From: Phoronis australis | Lineage: Eukaryota; Animalia; Phoronida | DNA: 64,000 nucleotides | Assembly (NCBI GenBank): GCA_002633005.1 | Contig: NMRA01000254.1 | Span: forward strand, 238,546-302,545 | Reading direction: 5' to 3' | Shown here: positions 1-11,175 of the stretch, piece after piece | How the letters are laid out: every line of letters starts with the position of its first letter | Position numbering within the stretch: position 1 is the stretch's first letter | Program-made: the position numbers and the translations under genes | Notes under the pieces: generated by a model | Database searches by the model: none | What the model was told of the DNA's origin: nothing | What the model saw: only the letters and a program-made list of their open reading frames with translations

Positions 1-395
1 ATATATACTTAATACATGCATTCAAATTCATGACTTTTCTGTTGGAATAACCTAGCAAGAGAAGAGTTAACATTCACAAGCTCTGGTAGAAGAGTTTTCA
101 TCAGGTCTCCAAGAAATGAGACTCATCTTCAATTTCCCCCATATGTCGCATATTCTCTCACTTCTAGGAACACCCATATGTCTACCTCTCTCCTGTGCAA
201 TTAGTCTTCAAGTATAGATATCGGGGATAATTCTAGCTCTTGCTTTCAACATGGTTGGCATTTTTTCTTTGTGGCCTGGTATAAATGTTGCCACGGATTT
301 GTCGGCGCAGCTACACCCTAAAACTGACACGGTCCGTAGCTATGGAATTTCTGGTCTTTTCCTGGTATTCACCTGGTACGTTTCCAATTTTCTAG

Positions 396-560
396 AATGG
401 AGAACTTGTGACTGTGATGGCTGGTGATGACATGAACTCTACCGACCTTCACCTTGCACTAAATGACTCTCTGTTGGTGGGTCAAGTGAGTACAGAACAG
501 ACGAGTCTGGACATGTCTGATGTACAGGCGAGCAACAGGGTACCACTGAGGAAGCTACAG
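396..560 (+). CDS. WD40-repeat protein, internal exon (first visible; gene starts upstream of window)
   Basis: tttctag acceptor before 396, CAG|gtgggt donor at 560/561; 165 nt, phase 0-0, NGELVTVMAG...VPLRKLQ, joins in frame to IWDF of the next exon. Confidence 0.8.
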
Positions 561-814
561 GTGGGTCGTTTGTTCTTTGACATTAAACATGGCAAATACC
601 TGCATTCACTAACATTCTTGTTTTGATAGTTCCCAAATGCTGTGTCATGTCCAATATTCCCATGCAAAACACTAAGTCTAATCTCAATATTTGAATCTGG
701 ACTTGAAAGTAATTTTCACATTTTCCGTTCTATGTTAAAACATTGTTAAGAAAAGAGTGTTTTTTTGTTCTCAAGTACGCTATGGTTTACGCAGACGAAT
801 TTCTAGTCCCAACT

Positions 815-935
815 TCACACTTCTTGACCCCTAGATTGGAGTTGCAAACTTGAGTAAAAACTAGAGATTTCATGTTCAGACTCGAACTTATAACTTTAAT
901 GCTGGTGTCGTCAAGTGTAAACTAAGATTAGACAG
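815..935. mobile_element. Short MITE; degenerate copy of the family at 41090-41225
   Basis: shares gttcagactcgaa...atgct..gtc.tcaagtg..a..ttagacagt with 41170-41230. Confidence 0.55.
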
Positions 936-1460
936 TTGGTCATCCATGTTAACCACTGTGTGTTGCAGCTCAAAGAAAAGTTGTTCTGAGTTCACACATC
1001 AAAGGTAGAATGAAAAATGTCAAATAACAATTTCGAGTTTTAGTCCGATCCCAAATTGAAAATAAATTGCCTCTAATTTGAAACCTAACTTTTCTTATGG
1101 CAAGTTCTTTAGTGTCACAAGATCCAGGGTTTGTAAAAAGCTACTACTAACTTTAAGATCAGTCGACACTGTCATAAGTAACATATTATATATTTTTTTC
1201 ATGTTAAGCCAAATTCAGAACCACCTTCGATGAAAATTTGTGTTCTTTTTGGAATACATCTTAAAAGTATTTTTGCAGTCTGTAGTGAATTAGTCAGTTC
1301 CTAATTTCACAGTTAAACCTCTTGGAATAATACGGAGAATCATTGATTACTGCTGGGGCTAGATTCACTGTCATAACTTTGAGTTATTTTAGTTTCAAAT
1401 GGCCGATTATAACTCTGACTTAAATATATCTTTTTCAGTGAGGCGTGGGAATATGTTAGG

Positions 1461-1835
1461 AACATTTTGTGCCATCAGCACGCCATCTGTTCGGTCACAT
1501 CAAGTGTCCTAATGAATATATAAGTTCGAAAAGATTTTTGCCCCCAAATGGGACTTCTGCTAACCGTGCAGACGCTCTAGCCACTGAGCCATCGGGACCA
1601 CTGGTCAAAGAGAAATCCAGTGACACTTAGTAGTGGGCATCTTACCCTAGATTAAGGGTAAGATGCTCACTACTAAGTCTTATTGGATTTCTGTGTTTGA
1701 CTAGTGGTCCCCTGCATGGTTAGCAGAAGGTCCTGGGTTAGAGTCCCGTTCGGGGGCAAAAATCTTTTCGGACTTATGTTCATTAGGACATGTGATGTGA
1801 CCAAAAAGATTATGTGCTGATGGGTAAAAAATGTT
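1461..1835. repeat. Foldback palindrome with tRNA-derived sequence in each arm
   Basis: arms pair around the centre cttaccct-agatta-agggtaag (1641-1662); A-box TGGCTCAGTGG on the left arm (minus strand), B-box-like GGGTTAGAGTCCC on the right arm. Confidence 0.85.
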
Positions 1836-1989
1836 TGCAACTCTGATGACTTAATGCAACTATTATCACTGCACAAGGCTTTAGATTTTAAAAGTGTCCT
1901 AAATCAGGTGCAAATTTTAAGGAAAGAAGTCCTAGAATGTGTTACTACCCCAATTTATTCCTATGCATCTGTTATCACTGATTTTTCAG

Positions 1990-2165
1990 ATATGGGACTT
2001 TGAAAGCGGTCAGCCATTGGAAATGGCCGATGGTCAAATGTGTTCTGCCATAGCCATGATGTCTGATGGACGACGCGTGGTGCTGGGACGAACAGACAAG
2101 TTTGGAAATGCCACTCACGTGACCATTTATGATCTCATGGGAAACGAGACATTACGTGATATTAG
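1990..2165 (+). CDS. WD40-repeat protein, exon
   Basis: tttttcag acceptor, AG|gtaatg donor (phase 2); IWDFESGQPL...VTIYDLMGNETLRDIR, WD-like blade. Confidence 0.9.
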
Positions 2166-2553
2166 GTAATGATTGAACTGTCTAATGGTATTAATTTTGG
2201 TACTACCTAAATTATTACTATAGAAATTGCAGGAGGGATCTGTTTTCACAGTTAGTGTTGTGGTGAGTTTATTTTTAATTCAAGTAGACTAGTTTTTTGG
2301 TTTGATTTAGCTGTTTTTCATGTACTTGATTTTAGCATTTTACGTGCAGATTTTTCATTTCCGAAAGAAAAAAGTATGCTGTTCAAAAAATTGATTTTTG
2401 TCACCCACACAAAATATCTGAACACACTAGGAAACATTTTTCTGTGTTAAGTGGAAGTATTATTTGTACATGCCAAGTTTTGGTCACCATGTAGTTGCCA
2501 TTGGCAACTACTGTATTCTCGCGTAATAAATGTTATATCTGTACATGGCGCAG

Positions 2554-2777
2554 GTACGACGGAGGTGTTGGGATCGCTGACAGCGTCACGTGTCTCCATC
2601 TGTCACCTGATGACAGGTATGTCATCGCTGGCTTCAACAACTCGTATGACGGGAATGCCAATTTTGTCGTCTTCGATCTCAGTGTTAGTGACCACATCGC
2701 TGTCGACCCCAAGATTATCGCTCTTGATGCCGAGCCTCAGTGTACAGCTATCTTGGACACTCACGAAGCTGTGACTG
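2554..2777 (+). CDS. WD40-repeat protein, exon
   Basis: gcag acceptor (phase 2 matches previous exon), G|gtacgt donor (phase 1); VTCLHLSPDDRYVIAG...FVVFDL blade. Confidence 0.9.
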
Positions 2778-3254
2778 GTACGTGTTGCAAGGTTCTGTAG
2801 CAGTGTGATCCTTTTCGGGAATTGCAACTTTCTCTCGTTCAGTGGCCATGCCAGACAGCAGCAAAGCTGTTGTTCTCGATTTCCTTCATATGGTAAACCA
2901 TTTTCTTGTAAGACTATCGAAGACAATTAGTTAAAGCTGAATGAGAGAAATTTTTAATGATTTGTTAAAGCAAATTTAAGAAACTCAGTGCCACACTTTA
3001 TAACAGTCTGCTTGAATATGATTGTGTGAAGTCTTCTAGAAAAAGGTTATGTAAGCACCCTTAATGCTCATTGTTTTTCATTGCCTAGCATCTTGCAAAT
3101 GCTTGGCATCACTAAGTATGGCCTACACTACTTCTTTTACGTTTGAGTCCCACATAAAAATTGCTGTGGACTCGAGACTTCTCATAATGGCTGCATTTTT
3201 CCCAGTGGTTGCCTTGCCAACTATGTTTCTTATACTTCTTTCATGTCATTGCAG

Positions 3255-3508
3255 GCACTCGCAAGGGAGAGCTGGTAATCTGGAGCCTGCGGACCGGCAA
3301 GCCTCTACGCCAGCTCATCGGCAACACCGGGGGGACCATGACCTTGAACCGTGTTTCCGCGCTGAGCGCTCACTCAGCTGAGATAAAGGACCTTACACTG
3401 TCCAAGGATGGCCGAATATTGGTGTCAGCGTCTGCAGACGGCACGCTGAGGTCATGGTCAATGGACACAGAGAAACTAATGCACACTCTGTCTGGACATA
3501 AGGATGAA
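3255..3508 (+). CDS. WD40-repeat protein, exon
   Basis: ttgcag acceptor (phase 1), GAA|gtaaga donor; canonical WD40 repeat AHSAEIKDLTLSKDGRILVSASADGTLRSW...GHKDE. Confidence 0.93.
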
Positions 3509-3539
3509 GTAAGAATTATTGTCTCACTCGAATCTACTC

Positions 3540-3708
3540 TCTTGTTCCCCACTCCCCCCTCCCCTCTATCCTGTGCTCTCTGCTCACCATCCCTGCCACC
3601 CTCTCTGGTTACCTCCTTCCAGCCTCCCTACATTTCTCCTCCCTCACTCCCTCCCCCCTCCCTCCAGCTCTTCCTCTGACTCTTCTCTCCATTCTCCCCT
3701 CCTCTCCT
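3540..3708. repeat. Polypyrimidine (CCT-rich) low-complexity tract in intron
   Basis: direct observation. Confidence 0.8.
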
Positions 3709-3972
3709 AAATTAAGATATTACCGATTTCATTCTTTTTACAAAAATAATTTAATTTTGAAGTTTCACAAATTAATGAAGTTTCACCGGTAGCTTTAACT
3801 GTAACATGGTTGTACTGTTGTTACTTGGCACTGATGAATATAGTATTTTTGTCATAAATATTGTCACACCCCACAATACAAACATCATTTCACCATGTTC
3901 TACTTAACGCGTGTCATATGTCTTCCGTTATTTTCTTTTTCCCTGTCTTACTTTGGTAATTTCACGCCTATT

Positions 3973-4001
3973 TGTGTGTGTGTGTGTGTGTGTGTTTGTG
4001 T
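3973..4001. repeat. (GT)n microsatellite
   Basis: direct observation. Confidence 0.95.
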
Positions 4002-4071
4002 GAATGACTGTGTGGATGTACAACACTACAATCATTGGTCTCAAATTTAAATTATTTCTTGCCATGTGTAG

Positions 4072-4311
4072 GTTTGGTGCTGTGATATATCCCATGACAA
4101 CGAGATGATTCTGTCAGGATCGCGTGACAGTACAATTCGACTCTGGAGGACCCGCAACGGTGCACCTATATGTCTATTCAACGCTAACATGGACATATTC
4201 TCAGTAAAGATGAGCGCCAATGCCGGAACCGTTGTTGCCCTAGGCGACAAGTTTGCGTCCAGAAAGTTGATCATGTTGCAGATAGTTCATTCAAGAAGCA
4301 GACGACATTAG
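4072..4311 (+). CDS. WD40-repeat protein, terminal exon. C-terminal propeller; NACHT-WD40 (NWD/QUI-1-like) family is plausible but unproven
   Basis: gtgtag acceptor, phase 0; VWCCDISHDNEMILSGSRDSTIRLW completes the GH..W repeat; stop TAG 4309-4311. Confidence 0.92.
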   Translation, partial: VWCCDISHDNEMILSGSRDSTIRLWRTRNGAPICLFNANMDIFSVKMSANAGTVVALGDKFASRKLIMLQIVHSRSRRH

Positions 4312-6834
4312 ACTGTTCCAGAGACAGATGGCACTAGTTCGCTTGTTTTAAGTGCTAATTTTGTTTCTGCATTTCATTTATTTTTATGTTAAGGATAAGA
4401 AGCTCATTAATGTGTAGATTGATTTGATTTAAACTGCAACATTATATAAAGCAGTTTCTTGAGCTTTTGACATTCTTAGTCGTTAGTAATTGTTTCTCAA
4501 ATCTGGGTTTGTGTGAGGAAAGCTGTGTACTAAACTTACAATGGCAGTCAATTGAACAAAGTGTATGACAAAGTTATGACTGCGAGATGATGAATCACTG
4601 TTGTTGACAGCACTCTCTATTGAGGCGTATGGTAATCAATGGTTGTCTGTTAGGTGGAGCCAGATTGGTTGGTTTGTTCTGGCATGCCTGATTGGTTGGT
4701 TTGGGTTAATACTGAACATGTTTTGTAACAATGCTGTTTTTAAAATGGAGAAAAAGATTAATATAGACATAAATATACCGTAAATTTGTGAAATAACGCC
4801 CTGGGTGCTTAAATTAGGAAACTGTAAAATGGTGAGGGGGGGGGGGCACTTGCATCAAAAATTAAAAACCAGATTGCGAGTTTTTCGTTTTTACTCAATG
4901 GTCAAGGTAAAATGCTAAATATTTCTTTGTCTATATTTGTCTTTTTACCCATTTTAATTTTATGTTTTAGCTGGTCATAGCTGGTAACTATTTACACCTT
5001 GATGAAAGCTATTCTTGTTGTAGATGTAGTAGTTTTTTAAAACCATTTTGAATCTGTGTAATAATATATATTTCTTGTGTTATTACTATATTTTTGTTTA
5101 TTTCGTTTACTAATTGCTTTTTAATTATTATTTATCGCAGACTTGCCAACTTGCTTGAGGAATCAAATTACTAGATCTGGTGGTCTACTGTTTTTTATTT
5201 TGCATAATATTTCCACGGTCTCTATTGGTTTCAGTGGAAAAGGATCTGAGCAGGTACTGGCTTTTCATCATGAGATCAAAGTTGCATAAAGTTTTAGTTG
5301 TTTGTAGTGAGTTCAAATGCAATTTGTGTCTATGCGAAATGATCAAGAAAACTTGTGGAACTGTTACATGTAATAGTTTAAATTTGCACCCCTGTGTAAT
5401 TTGAGAGTTGTGAAATCAAACAAATGAATTGGAGTACAAAGTCATGTTTTTGATTGCTGTAATTTTTCATGCCCACATATTTATCACCCAATTTGTCAGA
5501 AAAGTGGAATTGTGGTGTCAGAACTCTCAATACAAACAGTTACAAAAATCTTTTAGCGGTGGCTTCAACTTTGCATAAAATTGTCATGAAACAACACAGG
5601 ACAATTATGAGCATTTATAACTGGGCAAACTACTGGAAGAAAAACAGTACGTGACTTTGTGCTACAAAACCGTCAACAGTGCCATTCTAATTCTATTGGT
5701 TTGTGGTGCTACTGTACACTTAATCGTTTGCTGTTTAGCGGTGGTGAGGCTGTGAATATTAAATATTCTCGGCTGAAAATGTTGTTCTTGGACTATCTCG
5801 TATGAAATACAGGCAGTTCAACTAGTTCTTGTAGGTTATTTAAATTCTTGAAGCCTGTTAGCTTGGGTGGTACTATAATAGGCCATTGTGTATACTGCTT
5901 GTTTTTGTCATAGAATTGCAGAAGCTGTTGCTCTGTTGCTTAGCTACTAATTGTTAATTATTAACTCTGTTTTTTGGTGGTTTGATTTATATTTTGCATT
6001 CACCACCAAATGGTAGAACTCATCGCCAACTGTTGTTTTTGGTGTGCAATCACTTGACTTGAGAATTCCTTGCAGAAGTGGACATTTGAGCTGTGTGACC
6101 TTTTTCATGGATCTCTCAAAAGCAATTGATAAAGTTCCCTTTCATATTGATGGCAGGTGGCCCCTACCTAAGTCACTGTGACAATAGCTTTGATGTCACA
6201 GTTACTTGCGAGCTGTCTAGGGTTGCGGCAGTTTCGAACATTTTGATTTCAATCATCAGCTTTGTATATAGTAAAGACTCACCAATTTCCACAAAGATAT
6301 TAGCCAAAATTGACCTTTATTGTTCAAAGTTCAAAGGCCTCTGACCGACAGTTTCTCAAAACATTGTCTGGTAGTAGGTATGGTATAGAGGTATGATTTA
6401 GTTTGCTTCTCTTATATGAATAATGAATAATGAATAATCGACTTTTCCGCTATATTGTGCCCTAAATTGGTGTGGTTTTATTTTATCATTAACTTCTTAA
6501 CAAGGCAGTTCTCGTCCACACTCTTGTGCTATTTCGATGCAGTCGGAAATTTCCTGTCTGTTTGCTTTCATTTTTTGTGGTGATTATGGTAGATTGTACT
6601 AGTTTTCAGTCTGCAGAGTATAGGCGAAAAACAACGACTTGTGCCAGTGATTGTACGAGGTGGTGGGCGAGTCAATTCAAAAGCTGGCCCTTCATTGCAG
6701 CGGTTGTTGCGATCTTAAATCAGGTGGTTGTAAACCATTAGTGAATGCTCGCTTCCCACAGTATGTGAACTGTGAATCTCGTGTTAGTACTATTATCATC
6801 ATTGTGACCTTTACTATTTTTATTATTATTTTGA

Positions 6835-6840
6835 AATAAA
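6835..6840 (+). promoter_or_regulatory. Candidate polyadenylation signal closing a ~2.5 kb 3' UTR of the WD40 gene
   Basis: AATAAA at the end of a long T/G-rich, largely repeat-poor stretch downstream of the stop, followed by T-rich sequence. Confidence 0.4.
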
Positions 6841-7460
6841 ATATTGCTTACATTAAATTTAGTGATTCTTTTCTTAATCAGCACAAACTTACGCATTCAC
6901 CGGGTAAATTCGAGGATTTGGCATGTTTTTTCTTTAGCGTTTTCCTTAGTCCTGGAGAAAATACACGGCTTTTTACCGAAAGGACTGTTTGTAGCGGAAA
7001 GGTGTTTTGGTGTTGTTTCATATTAATTAACAAATTGTCGGAATTCTCGTTGTCGGTTGGGGTCTAACGATGTTGCTCATTCTTCGGTGTTCCCATCAGA
7101 GGGTTAGAGTAGTGCATGTTTCAAACCATGTTCATGTAACCTTCAAACAGGGATCTTGTTTCCGAATTAATTTCAGTTGGATACCTCGTCTGCACGTTCC
7201 ACAGATTTCGATAACCTTGCCTTGCGACTGTAAATGACAGATAAATATTGAACGAAATGAGCTATCACCAATAAATTAACCAAACCTGGCTTGGTGGTGG
7301 TGGTAGGGTCCGCTGACCACGGATCGAGGCACCAAAGAAATAAATAAAAATACAATGTTACAAAATTAGGTGATAATGTAATTTAGAACTACTTGTAAAA
7401 AGACCACAGTGTAGGAGAGATTATCGAAAACAGTTACACACGAAGCAGTTGAAAATAGTG

Positions 7461-9319
7461 CACTGATACGCAGTAATTGTTACATTTTACGCCAATGATT
7501 GTTACATTTTACGTTGCTAGGCCTCTCCTAAAATGTAACAAGTTGTTACATTTTATGTAATTTTACAATTTATGTCAAATGCACACGCGAGAAATGTACC
7601 ACTGTTACATTTTACGAAAGCGACGTCATATTTCATGAGTTTGCATGGTACACGGAGGAAAACGCGTTCTCGGATTGTTTGAATGAAATTCTATCAAGTG
7701 TGCCAGCTCAAATTTATAGATGTGTCCATATGTGCTTTCTATTGTTTTGTAACCTGGGTACTTTCTTGGTATAGTCAAAAATGTAGCCGTACAGTTTCAA
7801 TTCCAGACGAAAGAAATTTCCAGGATCAGTTAACAAGTTTTTTTATTGTTAAATCGTTCTTGCAATCTTTTGTGGGCGGTCGCAGGTAACACCCAATTAT
7901 GTGTCTGGCATTACAGTAAAAACACTTCCCTTGGTACCTCGTAAGGACAGAAACAATGACAGCGTATTCAATTTCGGGAGCCAATTTGATAGAAAAATAC
8001 CCGTTTTAATACACGGTAGCTGGATTTATTTCAGCCAGTGTTTTATTGCCTTGGAATCGTGGCTAATGCTCCACACGAATGAGACAAGACCAAAGTTTCT
8101 GATGCGGACGGGTTGTGTTTACCATCTTAGTTACGAACGATAATTTCTGGTGGAACGTGTTTTGAAGAGCTAAAAGCTGAAAGAAATATAATGGTTCCTA
8201 TGATGCTAAACCTGTCTGAAATAGCGGTGGTAACAGCTAATCAACCGTGACGTGTATGCGTAAAATGGGAGGCCTAGGTGGGGAAATAAGAAATATTTTG
8301 CCACTCTGAAAGGACACGGTCATTTTGCTCATACCGCGTGTAGGTCGATAGTTTAAAGGGGCAACACTCCGAAAAAAGCTGACTGGAGGCCTTGTGGACT
8401 TCCAAAACATGCACTTTCTCTTTCTATTATCTTTTAAGATAAAAAAAATCAATGAAAATTGGTATTTGGTCAATGATCGTTAGTCCAAACTAGGAACCAG
8501 GTTCCTATGTCCGAAGCACATATACATGTAAATAAAGACAGAGTCTGGACATTCTAGTATTAATGGACGTGAAGTCACGTGTCTCATGAGGCGCCATTTT
8601 TGTGTTGCAGCTCGCTGCCAACAACACGCATGGTTGTAGACAAATAAAGATGTTTGGTATATTAAACGTTTTGCTACACCGAGATGATTTTAAAATCTTT
8701 GACGATCATGACGTATTAGCACTTTGCTAAAACATGTATTATTTTTATTGCACTGTGTCATTGTTAAATAAATTCAAAAATATCAACAATGATAACAATA
8801 ATGATAACGATACCGATAACTAGTAACAGTAGTGAAAGTAGTAATAGTAGTAATGGTAGTAATAGCAATAATAATAATATAATAGTAATAAAATGATAAT
8901 GGGTATCCGTGTCAGTCTGGAGGGCATTCCTGTAGAGGAGGTATACGAAAAGTGCCGCCCAAAAGGATGCTTTTTCATAGCAAAAATGCTCTCCAATATG
9001 GTGCCATTTATAACAAAATTATCTAAAGGGTGCCTTTTATGAACAGAAATGTGTGAAAATTGGAATTTGTACGCAAAATTAGTCTCTAAATGGGCCAATA
9101 TTTTGTCCAAGCCCACACTCTAAACGATAAGTATTCAAATTTTTCGGGCGCCACCCCTCGTCTAAAAATACTCGAGTGTCCCCGGCCGTGTCATATACTA
9201 CTTGTTCCTGATTTTAGTCATTTTCTTTGAAATATGACATAGGTTTCGTAAAATGTAACAATAGTACATTTCTCACATGTGCATTAGACATAAATGCCAC
9301 ACTTTACGGCGTATCGGTG
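7461..9319. mobile_element. Non-autonomous DNA transposon with bipartite TIRs and subterminal TGTTACATTTTACG repeats
   Basis: cactgatacgcagtaa (7461) is inverted against ttacggcgtatcggtg (ends 9319); second inverted block about 7568-7635 vs about 9228-9296; another TIR copy at 30189. Confidence 0.8.
8785..8900. repeat. Degenerate (AAT/AGT)n microsatellite
   Basis: direct observation. Confidence 0.8.
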
Positions 9320-10228
9320 CACTCAAGTTCATAACTTTCAAAACAAACGTTCGTAAAATAATTTATAACAGAGGATAACGCATGGGTAAATCTGGAAGAG
9401 TATAAGAAGAATTGTCAAGAATTTTTGAGTAAATTTTGATAACTCCTTGCACGTACTAAGTCTGTTTAGGCCGTAGTCACAGCTCTCCTATCTTTCACCT
9501 CCGTGACCACTTTCTGGGGGAAACGGGAACTTTGCATTAAACCCATCTACACATGTTCAAAAGTCAATTTCAAAAAAGTTCCCAAGAATACACTTGCACG
9601 TTTAGTTAGAATTTTAATTTAAAAGTTGGAAAAAATATAACCTCAATTAATGTGTTAGCCACCAGGTGTCAGCGCAATCAAATGCCAGAAAAATCTTGAG
9701 TCCATACCTTTCCCCTTCAAAAGCCGTCTGCTTGGCAAGAAAACATTCATCAGAGGACAGGCAGCAGATGTTATCCTGCTGGCTTAATAGCTAGATTGTT
9801 TACTGCTACTGACTACATTGGATAGTATCAATTCTTGGATGGGTGTTCAAGTAATAGGCAACCACCAAGGACCAAGGCTCAAAAAACAGCAGACAGCAGA
9901 ATTGAGGAAAGCCAAATCAAGTGGGCACGAGTGTCATCGTAATGAAACAATTCTTGGCACATTCCTGAATCATTTTGTGTTTCGCAAAGAACAGTTTTGG
10001 GAGAGCTAGGACCATGAATTATTGAACGAGTGTGCGACTTCACAATAGACTGGCAAGATGTCTGCCCCTTGCAGCATTCATGTGTCAGGTTCTGCTCAAA
10101 TTTCTGAGCTGGAATTTTCAGATATTACCTGGTCTAAGGCTACTACAAACAAACGTATCAACATTGCGTGCAGGAGAAGTATCATTGCTGAAAAGTTTTT
10201 AAGTTTTTGTGAAAAAACAGAGCTCTTG

Positions 10229-10481
10229 TCATGCGCGCACCCAAGGGTGGGGGGGCTTGAACGAGCCTCCTCCATTTGGTAAAGCGGGTAAAAAGGTCAG
10301 CCTCAGAGAAACAAAAACTCCAAAACAGTTGAAAACGAGACAAAAGTTCATTAAAAAGGCAGGAACTACCAAAACTCGGCGAACGCACAATTCGTAGCTC
10401 TGAAGTACCCCGTGAATCTTAGTGAATGTCCACATTCTCAAAAACTCGAGCCCCCCATTCATTAGGCTTGGTGTGCCCATG
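10229..10481. mobile_element. hAT-type MITE nested in the Academ coding remnant
   Basis: catgcgcgcaccca + G-run ... C-run + ttggtgtgcccatg termini; TSD not clear. Confidence 0.5.
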
Positions 10482-10887
10482 CTTCTATCACAAGCAGTGT
10501 TAAAGACACTTAACAGATATAACAACAATCGAAAGAGCTCTTAAAAAAAGAAGAGACCAAGCTGATGATGGAAATAATACTGAGCCCACGAGAAAATTAA
10601 GGAAATTGTCACTGTCAGTTACATGTACATTTAACAGTGCTCAAAGAAATATACCTTATATGTCTTGCCACCACAATGAACCATTTGCCACAAATCAAAT
10701 TTCATCACAGGGGAACTTCACAAACAAAAGGAAAGTTGAAAACCTATACCAGTTCCAAACATTCAATTGTAAATACCTATTCTCAATTTTAAAAGGTGTC
10801 ATTTATGGTAAATAATGTTTAGTTTAGGTCACACTACAAAAATTATTTTGCTTGATAAATTTGCAGTAATAGTCGTCTCAATCTCAA

Positions 10888-11175
10888 ATGTACTGGCAGT
10901 ATTTTTTACCNGGGTGGCTTTTGGAGCAGGTTAATCTGAAGCTCCCCCGGATGACTCTGCCTTTAGCCCCAGAAAATGCCATGGAAAACGTTAATGGCAA
11001 GTGTAAAAGAAGTGGTTGTAGTAAAAAAATGTGCTCTTGTTGGAATTCATGCATTCCATGTTCTAAGTTGTGTGACTGTCCAGACATTGTAAACAGGGTG
11101 TCTCAGTCAAAAAACAACTTTTGATGACAAGGATGTTGATATAAATGATGAAGGAGTGGATGAAGAAACATAATA
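10888..11175 (+). pseudogene. Academ transposase C-terminal Cys-rich (CXC/Cys8) remnant
   Basis: ORF 10888-11124 cysteine pattern, then frameshifted acidic tail DDKDVDINDEGVDEET. Confidence 0.75.
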
